Assembly (NCBI GenBank): GCA_002633005.1
Contig: NMRA01000466.1
Coordinates: forward strand, 162,633-226,632
DNA: 64,000 nucleotides
Reading direction: 5' to 3'
DNA from: Phoronis australis
Taxonomy: Eukaryota > Animalia > Phoronida
Within the stretch, counting starts at the first letter, position 1, and every line of letters begins with the position of its first letter. The position numbers were made by a program, and so were the translations under genes. This document shows, in pieces, positions 38,769 to 50,617 of the stretch. The notes below the pieces were generated by a model. That model was not told the origin of the DNA and did no database searches. It worked only from the letters and a program-made list of their open reading frames with translations.

Positions 38769-41099
38769 GGCCCGGTCTCCAATCTCCGTACTCAGACTCG
38801 AATCATGCTCAAACTCACACTTCATACTCAACTCGAGTGCAGACTCAGCTGTGGTGTATTCAATGTCATACTCGAAAAATCTGTACTCGAAATTTCGAGC
38901 ACGTACTCAGTTTTCGAGTGTACTCGAACTGAAGTGTATCTCATCTATATTTCGAGTACGATTTTGAGTAAAAATTTGGAGTCTATGCTCATAACAAGCG
39001 TCGAAAGCAGTTGTTGGAAAAGTCGTGTGAGAAGTTTGTGCTGCCCTTATTTCGGTATGTGTGCCTACGTTTTGTAGGGTTTCCAAAAGACGAGGAGGGG
39101 AGGGAAGTTAAAATGAAAGCGCTCCGAGGAGCGAAACTTGGCGAAATTAACCAAAAAAAAACCACGTTAGATATGACGAGAAAAGACGACGACAGAGATT
39201 ATGACGAAGATGACAGCTATGACGACGATGGTGGCGATAATGGACAATGCAAGTTAAGATATTCATATTACGAACGTAGAGGTCAGAAATCACTAAGAAA
39301 TAGGCTACAGTCTTGAGCGACACTTGGCGAAATTATCGAAGAAAAGACGACGTCGGAGATGATGACGAAGATGACGAATATGATGATGGTGGTGGCGATT
39401 ATGAACAACATCATAACATTCATATGACGAACTTAGATGTCATAAATCAATACGAAATAGGCTACAGTCTACTTCAATAGAAGATAAACCAACATCAATG
39501 CAGCAAGAGCGCTCAACAAAGGAACAGCGTTATCAGAAAATCTCAAATAACTCAAAAAGTAGACGTTGTACGGAAAATGGAAAATATCTTCTGAAAGCCC
39601 GTTCAAAATTGTATCTAAATTGATAGTATCACACAATTCCGTAATTTTTTTCGAAAAAAATGAAATTTTGGATTTTTTAAGAAATTTAAAGTCAATTATC
39701 TCGAAAACGGTAAGTCTAAGAGAAAAATGGTTATAGTTCATTTAAAAGAATATACCTTAAAAAATCCACATGCAAGAATTCACGTTATTTTCTCATCGCG
39801 TTTAGGTGGCACCTCAGCACGACTGAAAATAGGTCAACATGCGCCAGAACCGCCATCTTGAAAGCAACTTCCGGTTTTTGTGGCTTTGTATAATAGCATG
39901 ACATAAAAAATTAATACCTGTAAAAATCCGAAGGAATTAGTCTCATAATGCGCCCTCTACAGTAGAAAACGTTTTTAGGCCAAAATCGAGATGCGCGTGC
40001 GCGATCGCCGATATTTCCGCTATCTTATACCGGAAGTAAACAATTTCCGGTATACTTGTAGCAAACTTCCCTTTCATTTACTGTGCCGATTCTTAGATTT
40101 TTACGCAAAAAATTGTAGCCTCCAGAAGCATTTGAACCTTTAAATGAAAAGAAAATGGCCGCCACAGCCGCCATCTTGGATCCGATTTTGACAAAAAACA
40201 ATAGGCTTCCAGTACTTTCGGAAGTACGTGTTATATGTAAATTTCGTGATCATCGGACGAAAATTGCGACCTGTATCGTGCGAAAAAGCAACAAACTTAG
40301 TGTCAGAGCAACATACTTGGCGAAATTTATTTCGCCAAGTAAAAAAGTTCGCTTCCATGTCAGGTACATTTCTCATCATAACTTAGTCATCTATAATTCC
40401 TCAATCCCCAAATGGAATTCCATATTTTGTGTGCCGATTTCTCAGTAGACGTCTCGTCCCGTTCACTGCCACTGGTGAACTCTGAAGGCCCTCCACAAGT
40501 ATTGTTTTTTAACTCACGTGCCAAATGTCAACTCACTTGATATATCCCGGTAAAATACAAAGATACAGTATACAGTTTGACATCAGCGTAGGCCTACACA
40601 GCAATGGGTTTTATGTCAAGACTAAATTAGCAACAGAGATGTGATGTGATGTGATAAGCTGTTACAAATTTCAAACATTTTCGGGACTGGATGAGGAACT
40701 CAGTAAAGCTTAATAATTGCCAAATGTATCAAAGAAATGACATAAGAATATTTATTGAAACTAAAAAATGAATAACAGTTACAGAACACTCAGAATTCCA
40801 CGTTATACACATACTCTTGTAGTTGTAGCGACAGCAGACGATAATGTAGGCCTACTTCTTGGGGTGGTCTATTCCAAGAGCGAGCGATGCATCAGCGCGG
40901 CTTTGCGTGATTTTGCACTTCACATCATAAAGAGTTCCATAGCAACTCGAGTATGAGTGTCAGATTTGAGTACGTTTGGAGTCTACTCGAAATACGACAT
41001 TAGATACGCTTTTTTGAGTACGACTCCAGTGAGCACGATTTTCAGTATGAAATCTCGAGTATGAGTATGAGTCTGAGTACGGAGATTGGAGACCGGGCC
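38769..41099. mobile_element. Non-autonomous PIF/Harbinger-like DNA transposon carrying a nested HINE
   Basis: Long TIR GGCCCGGTCTCCAATCTCCGTACTCAGACTC at both ends. 3-bp TSD CGG (38766-38768, 41100-41102). The paralogous empty site AAAGACCTGATCGC is present at ~37562 and ~50077. Confidence 0.8.
39110..40347 (+). mobile_element. Helentron-type HINE (family 2) nested in the Harbinger-like element
   Basis: 5' subterminal CTTGGCGAAAT (39137). 3' hairpin TACTTGGCGAAAT-TT-ATTTCGCCAAGTA (40314-40341) followed by an A run. Internal ~185-bp tandem unit with GAC/GAT triplets. Confidence 0.6.
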
Positions 41100-42208
41100 C
41101 GGATCGCCGTCTGGCGAGAGAATGAATTTTAATATGACACTGGTATTTCAAAAATCATCTATTGTCAGTTTTCTTACAAAATTAGTACATCCGGTGATGT
41201 CACCGATAGGTCTCACAAGTGAACAGCACCTGAGATCGTAGTTCGACGCGGTTTACCGCCACAAAGACTGAGACAATGTTCATTGACCACTAAGCAACGT
41301 TCGTGATGTTTTTTGTGATATATTACTGTTGATGCTCATTCAGCACGAGCGACCTCTACAGACTGGTTTGTCTCAGATGTAAGTCTCGACAGGTCTCGTA
41401 ACGCGATTTCTGTTTCTTTCTCAATGTGATGCGTCACCAGCGTAAGAGTATAAACGAGGCGCCGACATATGGACGTCTGGATAAGTCGAACGGGGGAAGT
41501 AGCTGACGTTATATGTATGTAGGATAGCTTGCAAGAACTCCGGGAGCTATCCAGTCACAAGGTGCCCAGCGAATGTTTCCGTTTGTTTCAAACATCAAGA
41601 TTGTGAAGGGATGAGCACCATCGCTTTGGTTGAATCATCTCATAAATCACGACAACAGAAAATGTTCCAAATGATATGTAAAAGATGCCTATTAGAACCA
41701 AGCACCGTCTCGTGAAGTTAGTCATGTTCCCGTGGTTGATCAGCGAGAATTACATTAATGCCAATCCTGAAAGAAGAAATAGTAAAAATGTACCGTCTTA
41801 TGACAAACAATAAGTTGCGATAAACGGGTGTATCGAATCGAACTTTACCCAGAAAGTCTCGCCAAGGCGGACGTACTGCAAGATTCAAGTTGTGTATTGT
41901 AATATTCTGAGATGCACGATTCTACTCCAAATGCTAGTTTGCCTACCTGGAAGTATACAGGGTATAATTATGGATACCTCACCGGTGAGCACTATGCCGG
42001 CCACTACGTCTGGGATGGCGACGTACAGTAACAGAATAGCGAAGAAGGCTCCACTGCTTTTCACAAGGCGGTGCCTTTTCTCGTGTTGGACTACTTCTTC
42101 TTCAGACAATTTCCGAAAGGTGGTCCATATATCTTGCAGCCCATTTCTCGAAAAAAAAAATGACAATAACAGTAATTGCAATAGAAATACGGACGATAGC
42201 AGTACTAA

Positions 42209-42504
42209 TCTAGTGGCAGACGGATGGCATGTCATTAACAGATGCCTTTGTGACAAATTTCATGTAAATCGGTTGAGGACTTTTTGAAGATACAGAAGGA
42301 AACGTAAAAAACTAAAATTGCCACTAGGGGCCAAAGCGGTATGTGGGTCAGTCCGAAACTCGTCGTCCTCTGTCGTCAACCCCATAGGAACACACCTGGC
42401 AATGGGTTTAGGAGATACAGCCGCGGACGCCCGGACGTCCAGACCCCCAGACAGAGATGACGGCAACATGCACCCTCATATAAATATGCGGGCACCGCAT
42501 AAAA
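42209..42504 (+). mobile_element. HINE family 1, 3' fragment in an intron of paralog B
   Basis: TTTAGGAGATACAG..CGGACGCCCGGACG..AGAGATGACGGC, then hairpin ATGCACCCTCATATAAATATGCGGGCACCGCAT and AAAA. Matches ~61380-61659. Confidence 0.7.
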
Positions 42505-44269
42505 CTAGAGATCTTGCTTTGCTCTAAAGCGACTTTTTGGCAAACTCGCACGATACTTAAAGTATTGAATGCAACGCTTTTGTAACATTGGTTTATACGA
42601 CACATATCACACCAGCCCCATATGGTTGCATATTAATACTGTACTGTGCCTTAGTACAAAGAACACGAGAGGACAGGCAGTCGAGCACTTCAAAGCCATC
42701 AGTAAGTAAGCAAGGACGACCTCTGGTGATGGCAGATATGAGTCAATGACTTCTTTGTGCACAGCTGACTCAGAGGTTAGGAAGCCAAATATTGGCACCG
42801 AAGAGTTACAAAGAGCTGTCACAACGACAGTAACGATTAGAGTCTTCAAATAGCCTGCAATGCTATTGTCTGTCATGGCACCGTAGACTGTAACGATGTC
42901 ATAGTGGCACTAGGAATAAAATAAAAATGAATTAATCCAAGATGAATTAAAACTACAATAGCGAGCCACAAAATGTAGAAGTACCAACGAGGATATTTTA
43001 ACGATAAGTTGAAATTACGGTATATTCAACTAGGGCATATCAACACCGGTGCAACGTAAGTTGGCGAAGTGGTCTAATAAACGACATTCATGAAGTACAT
43101 GTACAATTTAACAGTTTTGATTTTTTCTTTCATAGCCGAACGGATAACCGCCTTCTTAGCTTAATGTGCTTAAAACTGTTATAATAATAACAATAATATC
43201 CACGGCAATGGTAACTAGTGATAACAACAGCAATGGCAACAATCGTAACAGGCCTTGTAATAACAATTACAGTAATATTTATTCTAACAACAATAATAAC
43301 TAACATAATGAAACATAAAAAACTGCAGTTAATGTGGTAATGACACACTATTGTGAAAAGAATATCAATTATATCATGACAACAAAGATAACGCCAATAG
43401 CCTAGGCTATATTAGTTTTGAGTTATGCAAAGCTCAATGGCAATAGCAATTTTAAAACGCACATTCTAGTAGCAAGCATTCAAACAGAGGTATTGACAAC
43501 TATAACATTTGTTTATCTGACATTCTCAGTTGGTAGACGTAACTAAGAGAGTCGATAGTTCTGACATGTCAATCAAGCTAATTACATCCAATGAGGACGC
43601 GGTGACGTGTAAACACAACGACGGACCGCCATCTTTTTTCTATGACAAAGGCTGCACTTGATTGACTTCGGTGGTATAACTGGGATAACAGGACAAAACA
43701 TCTGATTTGTTCGTGGAAGCGACTTCCTGCTTGTAAATTAACCAGATGCCTCTCTGATTTAAACCATATACCTAGTTTGGGAGGAACTGGCAGGTTTATG
43801 TAACTGTAGACACATAGTTTCATCACATGGCTGCATGGAGCCAGACGTGAGAGGATGAGTGAGGATCTGTTTATTTTCATTAAGGCTATGATGAAGTTGT
43901 ATGTATGGTGAAAATCTCCATTAAATTCTGAACAACTTTTATGTGGTTACAACAGCGACGTCGAGCAAGTGCTGCCATTGGTTGTAGAAGATAGCGTTAA
44001 CATGGTTGGAGGACACGGATGTTGAGTGCACAGTTGCCCTGATTTGTACAAAAAGTAAAACTGTCCTAATATTAAAAAACAATTGACATAAGACGTGCTA
44101 AAATAATGTCTTTTACTTTAGCCTTCATTTTTCTCCATTGAGTTTGTCCCGTCTTGCGTTACCGGTGGTTTTGCCCTGTATTCAAGGTTTGGTAACGCCT
44201 CCCATAATTTGATGATGTACTTGATGCCCTTGCAATGAAGATCAACGATTTCCAGAGAATTAAAGAGGC

Positions 44270-44524
44270 CATGCGTGCACCCACGGGGGAGGGGCGCTCG
44301 AACGAGCCCCCATTTAGCGACGTGGACAGAAAGGTTCGCCTCAGAGAAACAAAAACCTCGAAAAAAGTAGAAAACGAGACAAAAGTCCACTAAAAAGGCA
44401 AGATCTCCAATAACATTCGGCGTATGCACAATCCACAGCTCTGAACGTATCCCGTGAATCTTAGTAAAAGGTCCATATTTTCAAAAATTCGAGCCCCCCC
44501 ATTTTTAGGCTGGGTGCGCGCATG
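44270..44524. mobile_element. hAT-like MITE
   Basis: TIR CATGCGTGCACCCA / TGGGTGCGCGCATG. 5-bp TSD GAGGC/GAGAC. A left-deleted homolog lies in paralog C at ~53775-53955. Confidence 0.7.
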
Positions 44525-46306
44525 GAGACAAGAGTCCTATCGCTGACAAAAGCATGCAGTGGACTTCAGAAAAATATTAATCTACACCTGGATGCACCGT
44601 AAGGATAAGCAAGTACAAATTGAAAGAATTTTACCTGTATAACATTTCACGAATAAATTTTGATTAAATTGTATTTTGATAACTAACGTGAATTAACACT
44701 TAAAATTGGAGCTATGTATGCATAACTTAGTGAAACAGTCACCAAGATATTTAGCACCACACAACTACCGGACATTAGATAGAATTTCAGTGAAATCAAA
44801 TTATTTTTCCCACTACAGTTTGTGGTTTGAAATAGCTTATCGGAGCACCAACCAATGTCGCCCAACATAAGAGTACAACGCGAACAACTGTTTTGACTAG
44901 ACATCCGCATCAATGAAGCTTGGCGTATCCATAAGCTGCAGTTCGAATGTCCTTCAAGGCTTTCCATTGTGGATACTACGGGGAGGGGGGGGGGTCGATA
45001 AGCTGTTCCACAGTCCCTCTATTTCACCGTGCCTAAGTTCCAAGCAACTCGCTGTTCCTCTGTCTCTATGCTTTCCCGTTCCAACGCCCCCCTAATGGCA
45101 AATTTAGTTAAATTTCTATGTTCAAAGCTCGATATTTTATTGTGCTTCAGGTGCATGAGCCTACGCATTGGTGCAGATTGAAACGGTTAACGAAAAACAA
45201 AATTAACTTTCAGAAAGAAACACATTGTTAATCACATGGTTTGTCGGAATTCTCAGCCGTAAAATCTGCAACACACTGACTCCCGACATATAGATGTAGT
45301 TAGGGTCGGAGAAACATCGGCGCGGGGAGCGAATAGGAACGAGGAGAATATCGGTTATGGAACGATTAAGGCTCAGGAGAAATACAGGGACAGGGGAACA
45401 GCGGTAAGGACCCACACACTGCTAAGTGGAAGACTTTGCTCGCTTTCCCAGGACCGATTTTTGCAATGCAGTTACAGCAACAGTTTGAATAAAAATTGCC
45501 ATCCGTTTCGTGAAGAATCTGATATTGTGGTGTGCTTGCCAGCTCTAATGTATTTGCTGGATCTATCCATAAAATTGTCGTTACAGATGTTATACCTCTT
45601 AAAAACATTAATGGTTTGGAATTATTTTCGATTTGTAATGATGTGCACCTTTTACCACACGAAAATCATGCTCAACACTCACTGAATATCCGAATAGTGA
45701 CCCCAGGCGCCACAAGGAACACATCAACCACTGTTGCACCTGAAAGGCTGCTAAAAGACTGAGATAGTTCAGGATTGTTTAGATACAAAGCGTACTTCAC
45801 TGTGACCAAGGCAACGATGTATAACAGGAACAAGATCCCAGGAACACTGCAATACGTCGTCGTGATATTAACGAAACATGTGAATCGAGTGTGGTCAACG
45901 GTCAAGATAAATTTTACACATCCTACACAGTTAAGAGCTGGCTTCATACCAAAATAAAACATGGGTCGTGTTTTAATTAGTTTACAAATACGAAAATCGA
46001 TCCTACTATTCTAACACTTTTATAGAAAAGTTCTCTGATAGAATTTCACTTCATTTCCAATTACAGGGAAGTTACGGTATAACTTTTTCATTTCATCAAA
46101 AAGCTTGGCTAGTGACCATCATCACCCCTTAAATGATCAGAAAGTCGTCAAACTGTCTCGTCTTTAGAAAAGAACACGATAGCTCAAAACTAAATATTTT
46201 ATTCAAACGATTACTGTTTCAATGTCAGAAATTAAGAATGTTTGCCTCAGTATCTTCTAGACTTACATGGACATTCCATTTGACCTTTGAGTGTCTGAAT
46301 TGCAAA

Positions 46307-48277
46307 CACAAAAAAGGCTCCAAAACTGAAATTTCAAATTGTCGCCCAATAACTTTACTTGACACTCTGTCCAAAATCTTCGAGAAGATCATTGCTCAAA
46401 GTATTCTTACATTTCTCAAACAAAACAACTTGATCTATCATCGTCAATTTGGTTTTTGCCTAAAAACAGCACCGTGGCATAACTTATTGAAATGGTACAT
46501 GTACATGACATTCATTTACATTTTGAGAAGGGCGAGTGTCAGGTCCATTTTTCTAGATATAGCTTCTGCTTTCGACTGTGTCCCTCACGACCTTCTACTT
46601 CACAAACTTCGATCACATGGCATTACTGGTAATCTTTTAACCATGATCACATCACATCTCTCCGATAGAACATACAGTATTCGTGTCGACGGCGTACTTT
46701 CAACTTTATCCCCTCCTGGATTTGTAAACGCAGGTGTACCGCAGGGTAGCGTATTGGGCCTCTTCTCTTCTTGGTTTATATCAATGACCTTCCTGATAAC
46801 CTGTCATGTAGCATATACCTTTATGCAGATGACACGGCGCTTGTTTACCCCTTCGCAGGGAGCAGCCCTGAAAGTTCTTTGCAGCTTCAACACGACTTAA
46901 ATAAACTCAGCTATTGGTCACAAGAATGGAGAATGAATTTTAAACCAGAAAAAAGCGTTGACCTCACCTTCTCCAAATCTAATAATGCTCTATTCTTTTT
47001 TATCCGTCTTATAACCTTAAACTTAATGATGAAATCATTCCTAGAAAACAGTCTCACAGACATCTTGGTATACTGTTAGATGAAAAAAAACTCTCATTCA
47101 CACCTCACGTTCGGGAGCTCGTACAAAAAACTCAAAAACTAATTAACCCACTTAAGCTTGTCTTTCGTCATCTGAATTCTACACATTTAGAAGTTTTGTT
47201 CAAATCATTTATACTTCCACACATCGATTATTGTGATATCATATATCATTCGGCCAATACGTGTGCACTCCAACATTTGGAGATATTACAGTATCAAGCT
47301 TCCTTACTCATAACTGGAGCTTACAGGGGATCCAATAGTGTTCAGGTTTTGAATAGTCTCAAGTGGCCCAAACTGTCTACTCGACGCAATCTTCACATGA
47401 CCACATTTACTTTCAAAGTAATAAACAACGTCAACAACGCCTCTGTCAAAACATATTTGATCTATACACTAGACAAGGCCATCGTAGTGATTTGAGATCC
47501 TCCACCTCATATGCAATTCCTCCGTCGTTCAGTCAGGCATTCAAAAGGTCTACAGTCATGATGTGCATCAACAACTGGAATTCTCTTCCAGTCTCTGTTA
47601 AGGAAAGCAACTCTTTTACAAGTATAAAAAATAATTTTAGAACTGTTTTTCATAATTTTGATAACTCAACACCCTTGACTCAATTCTCCCTTCCCCGCAA
47701 TAACGAAATAGCATTGTACAGATCAAGATGTAGTCTTTTCTTCAACTCTGACAAGTTCAGGCACAACTTTAGTAATGTCTCTCCAAACTGTAAATGTGGT
47801 GACCATCAATCTTATCCTCATATTTTCTTCAAATGTCCCCTCATCGAATACCTGAGAGACTAACTCTTTCGTGCACTCAATGAAAACCAATCAATTGTTA
47901 ACGCTCTCAATTCTTGTAATAATATCCCTACTAGAGTTACATTATTATTGAATGGTAGTCCTAACCTTGACCTCGTTCTCAACGAATTCCTCTTAAGCAA
48001 CGTTAGTAAATTTTTATGTACCGTTTATCAATATTGTTGCATCTGATTTCCATACATGAATCTGTACATATCTTTGTCTTTATATATTTGCAATAGCATA
48101 TCTAAGTATTGGAATACTTATATTAGATACTACTTAATTGTATATACCTCTACGTATATTAGTTTCATTTATGAATTGTTTACAACCCAGATATAATGCT
48201 ACGCGATTTCTGGGTTTGTCATTATTTCTTTGTATGTTCTGTGTCTCCTTCAATAAATATATATCACTGTTAAAAAA
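46307..48277 (+). mobile_element. 5'-truncated CR1/L2-clade LINE (RT, frameshifted) with poly(A) end
   Basis: HKKGSKTEISNCRPITLLDTLSKIFEKII, QFGF, FLDIASAFDCVPH, GVPQGSVLG, LYADDT, FKSFILPHIDYCDIIY, C-terminal CKCG..HIFFKCP. AATAAA at 48252 and A6 at 48272-48277. Confidence 0.9.
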
Positions 48278-48628
48278 GACACAGAGATGTTTCAAGGCCT
48301 CATGTACTTGCTATTAACAGCATACCTTTCATTCTTCACTACCGCGAGCCACTTCCTCAGCATTTTGGGCTCTCGAAGAAGTCGAAAAAACGATATACCC
48401 GCTTTCTTCGCAGCTTCATAGTTCGGACAAGCGGGAACGATGCACCGCAATATAGCGACATTCACTCTGCAGACGAACCACTGACGTCGCTGCGTCGTTT
48501 CTCACCTTACTCACAGATTAAGGCGACACCTCTCGGCAAGGTGAGATCGGCCGTATAAGAGGCGATGTGGATATAGACCGATAAAGACGGTAAAAAAGAC
48601 TAATTAAATCGGGTGGCATTATCCATTA
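48278..48628 (-). mobile_element. Truncated second copy of the THAP/Kolobok-like element
   Basis: Colinear with 29545-29893. Retains the first THAP cysteine (RCIVPAC). Cut off by the LINE poly(A). Confidence 0.8.
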
Positions 48629-49140
48629 ATCAATCGCGTAACATATTGACCACAAGGTCATCGCCCAACTTGTTGTTCTGCGCTAAGTTGGACTAAAGGG
48701 GAGAACGTTGTAATGTGGGCCCGCTGACTAATTTTACCAACAATTCGCTGGCGATCTAGACCCGTACCTCAAGAATCTCGCTTGATAATTCCATTGTGAA
48801 CAAAAATGAAAAAACGAAAATGAAGCAACGAAATTAGGTTAGATTTGATTAACCGCAACACTCGATCAAGACTTAGTGGTGGGCGGGACCACTTGAATTT
48901 TTGCAAAGGGCATATTTATAATAACAGGTCATTAAAATAATAAACTGCTTGTTATGCACCGGTCTTCTGACAAGAAAAAAAATCACCAACACCAAGTTTT
49001 GTATCTTGTTTCAGCCAGTTCCTTGCTCAGACTAAAAATTATTTCTTGGTTTGGTAAGAAGCATATGGTTTTCTATAGGCTATCCGATTCGCCCCTTACA
49101 ATCTATCTTACTTGTGCTAAATACCATTGGGGTACCTGAN

Positions 49141-49310
49141 GAACGTATGTCAAAGGGTTTTGGAGATAGAGCAGCGGACGCCGGACGCCAGACGCCGGAC
49201 GCCAGACGCCGGACGGACGCCGCCCGGACGGACGGACGGACGGACGGACGGACGGACGGACAGAGATGACGGCATAATGCGTCCACATATAAATATGCGG
49301 GCGCATAAAA
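49141..49310 (+). mobile_element. HINE family 1, 3' end with (GGAC)n microsatellite, following an 'n' join
   Basis: (GGAC)n and GCCGGAC repeats at 49176-49262, then hairpin ATGCGTCCACATATAAATATGCGGGCGCAT and AAAA. Confidence 0.75.
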
Positions 49311-50617
49311 ATCACCAACACCAAGTTTTGTATCTTGTTTCAGCCAGTTCCTTGCTCAGACTAAAAATTATTTCTGGGTTTGGTAAGAAGCATGTGGTTT
49401 TCTATAGGTTATCCGATTCGCCCCTTACAATTATCTCCCTTTTCACTAATGCTAAATACCATTGGGGTACATGATGTTTTCAGCACCTCAATGCGGATAA
49501 GTTGGATAACCACTGAATGGCAGCTTACGAATGGCAGCCTCCTTTAAATCGCACGTAGTTAGGTCTATTGCTTGATACCAAAGAGGCTTGGCACAGGCCG
49601 ATCCAATGACTGTCGCGTCAATCCAACTAACAGAGCCTGGTCTTAAGCCGAAACAAATCTCAATTCTCACAATTATTACAAATCGCTAATGGAATTGAAT
49701 AAGAAACATTTGAGACCCGTTTAATTATAGTGAATGGTTTACATAAAAACTGTTTCGAAACGTTTTATCTTCTGTACAGTCGAGCTTTCTGTGTTCTGAC
49801 TTCAAGCTTGCTTTCGTAAATCGGGTTAAGCCAACCATGGACGATTGCTATCTGAAATCCGAAAGACGAAACCCACTAGACTCTGAAAAAACGGCTCCAG
49901 CGCACGTGCTCACCATATGAGATCACGCCTTTGTTACTTGCAGTCACTGATCAATTTACTTTAGCTTCTGGGGTCGAAATTCTCCCGCTTTATCAGTCGC
50001 AGCTACTTTCTATGTAGCTGCGGATTCGCAAGGGGAAAAATGTATGGGAAACCCCCCCGGGATCTGCCTGTCCACCAAAGACCTGATCGCTGTCTGGCGA
50101 GATAGTGGAACTTAATATGGCACTGCTATTTCGAAAATCAGCTATTGTGCAGTTTTCTTAAAAATCAGAACATCCGCTGATGTCACGGAACTGCAGCTCA
50201 GATGGTATTTCGATGCGATTTATCCCCACCAAGACTGACACAAGAAAGCTACATTCGTAATGATTTTTTTTCGTATTACAGTTGATGCACAGTGAGCAAT
50301 ATTTCACCAGATTAGTCACGAAATAGAGCGACCTGTACCGACCTGTGTGTCTGGGATGCAAGTCTCGACAGGTCTTGTCACGCGTTGTTTTACGTTTCTT
50401 GGTCAATGTGATGGTCACCGGCGTAAAAGTATAAACGAGGCGCCAACTTATGGACGTCTGGATAAGTGAGATTTGGCAAACAGCTGACATTATATGTAAT
50501 GAAGGACTGCTTGCAAGAATTTCAGGAGCTATCCAGTCACAACGTGCCCAGTAAATATAATCCGTTTGTTTCAAACATTAACATAGTAAAACGATGAGCA
50601 ACATCATTTTGGCTGAA

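Larger units (their letters stand above)
41635..45846 (-). pseudogene. SLC38A7/A8-like paralog B, 5'-deleted pseudogene (last four exons only)
   Basis: Exons 45846-45683 (164 bp, +1 frameshift vs 163), 42909-42650 (donor GT>GC; GFLTFG changed to GFLTSE), 42146-41947 (weak GAG acceptor), 41766-41635 (CAA>TAA at 41750-41752 and a 14-bp deletion). Upstream exons are absent. Confidence 0.88.

Noticed and set aside
39011-39316. Asp-rich ORF as an acidic or biomineralisation protein
   Set aside because: It derives from GAC/GAT triplets inside a HINE nested in a transposon. No signal peptide or splice support.
46133-46900. 255-aa ORF as an intact RT or a host-RT fusion
   Set aside because: The N-terminal part is antisense intron sequence of paralog B joined by chance to a frameshifted LINE.
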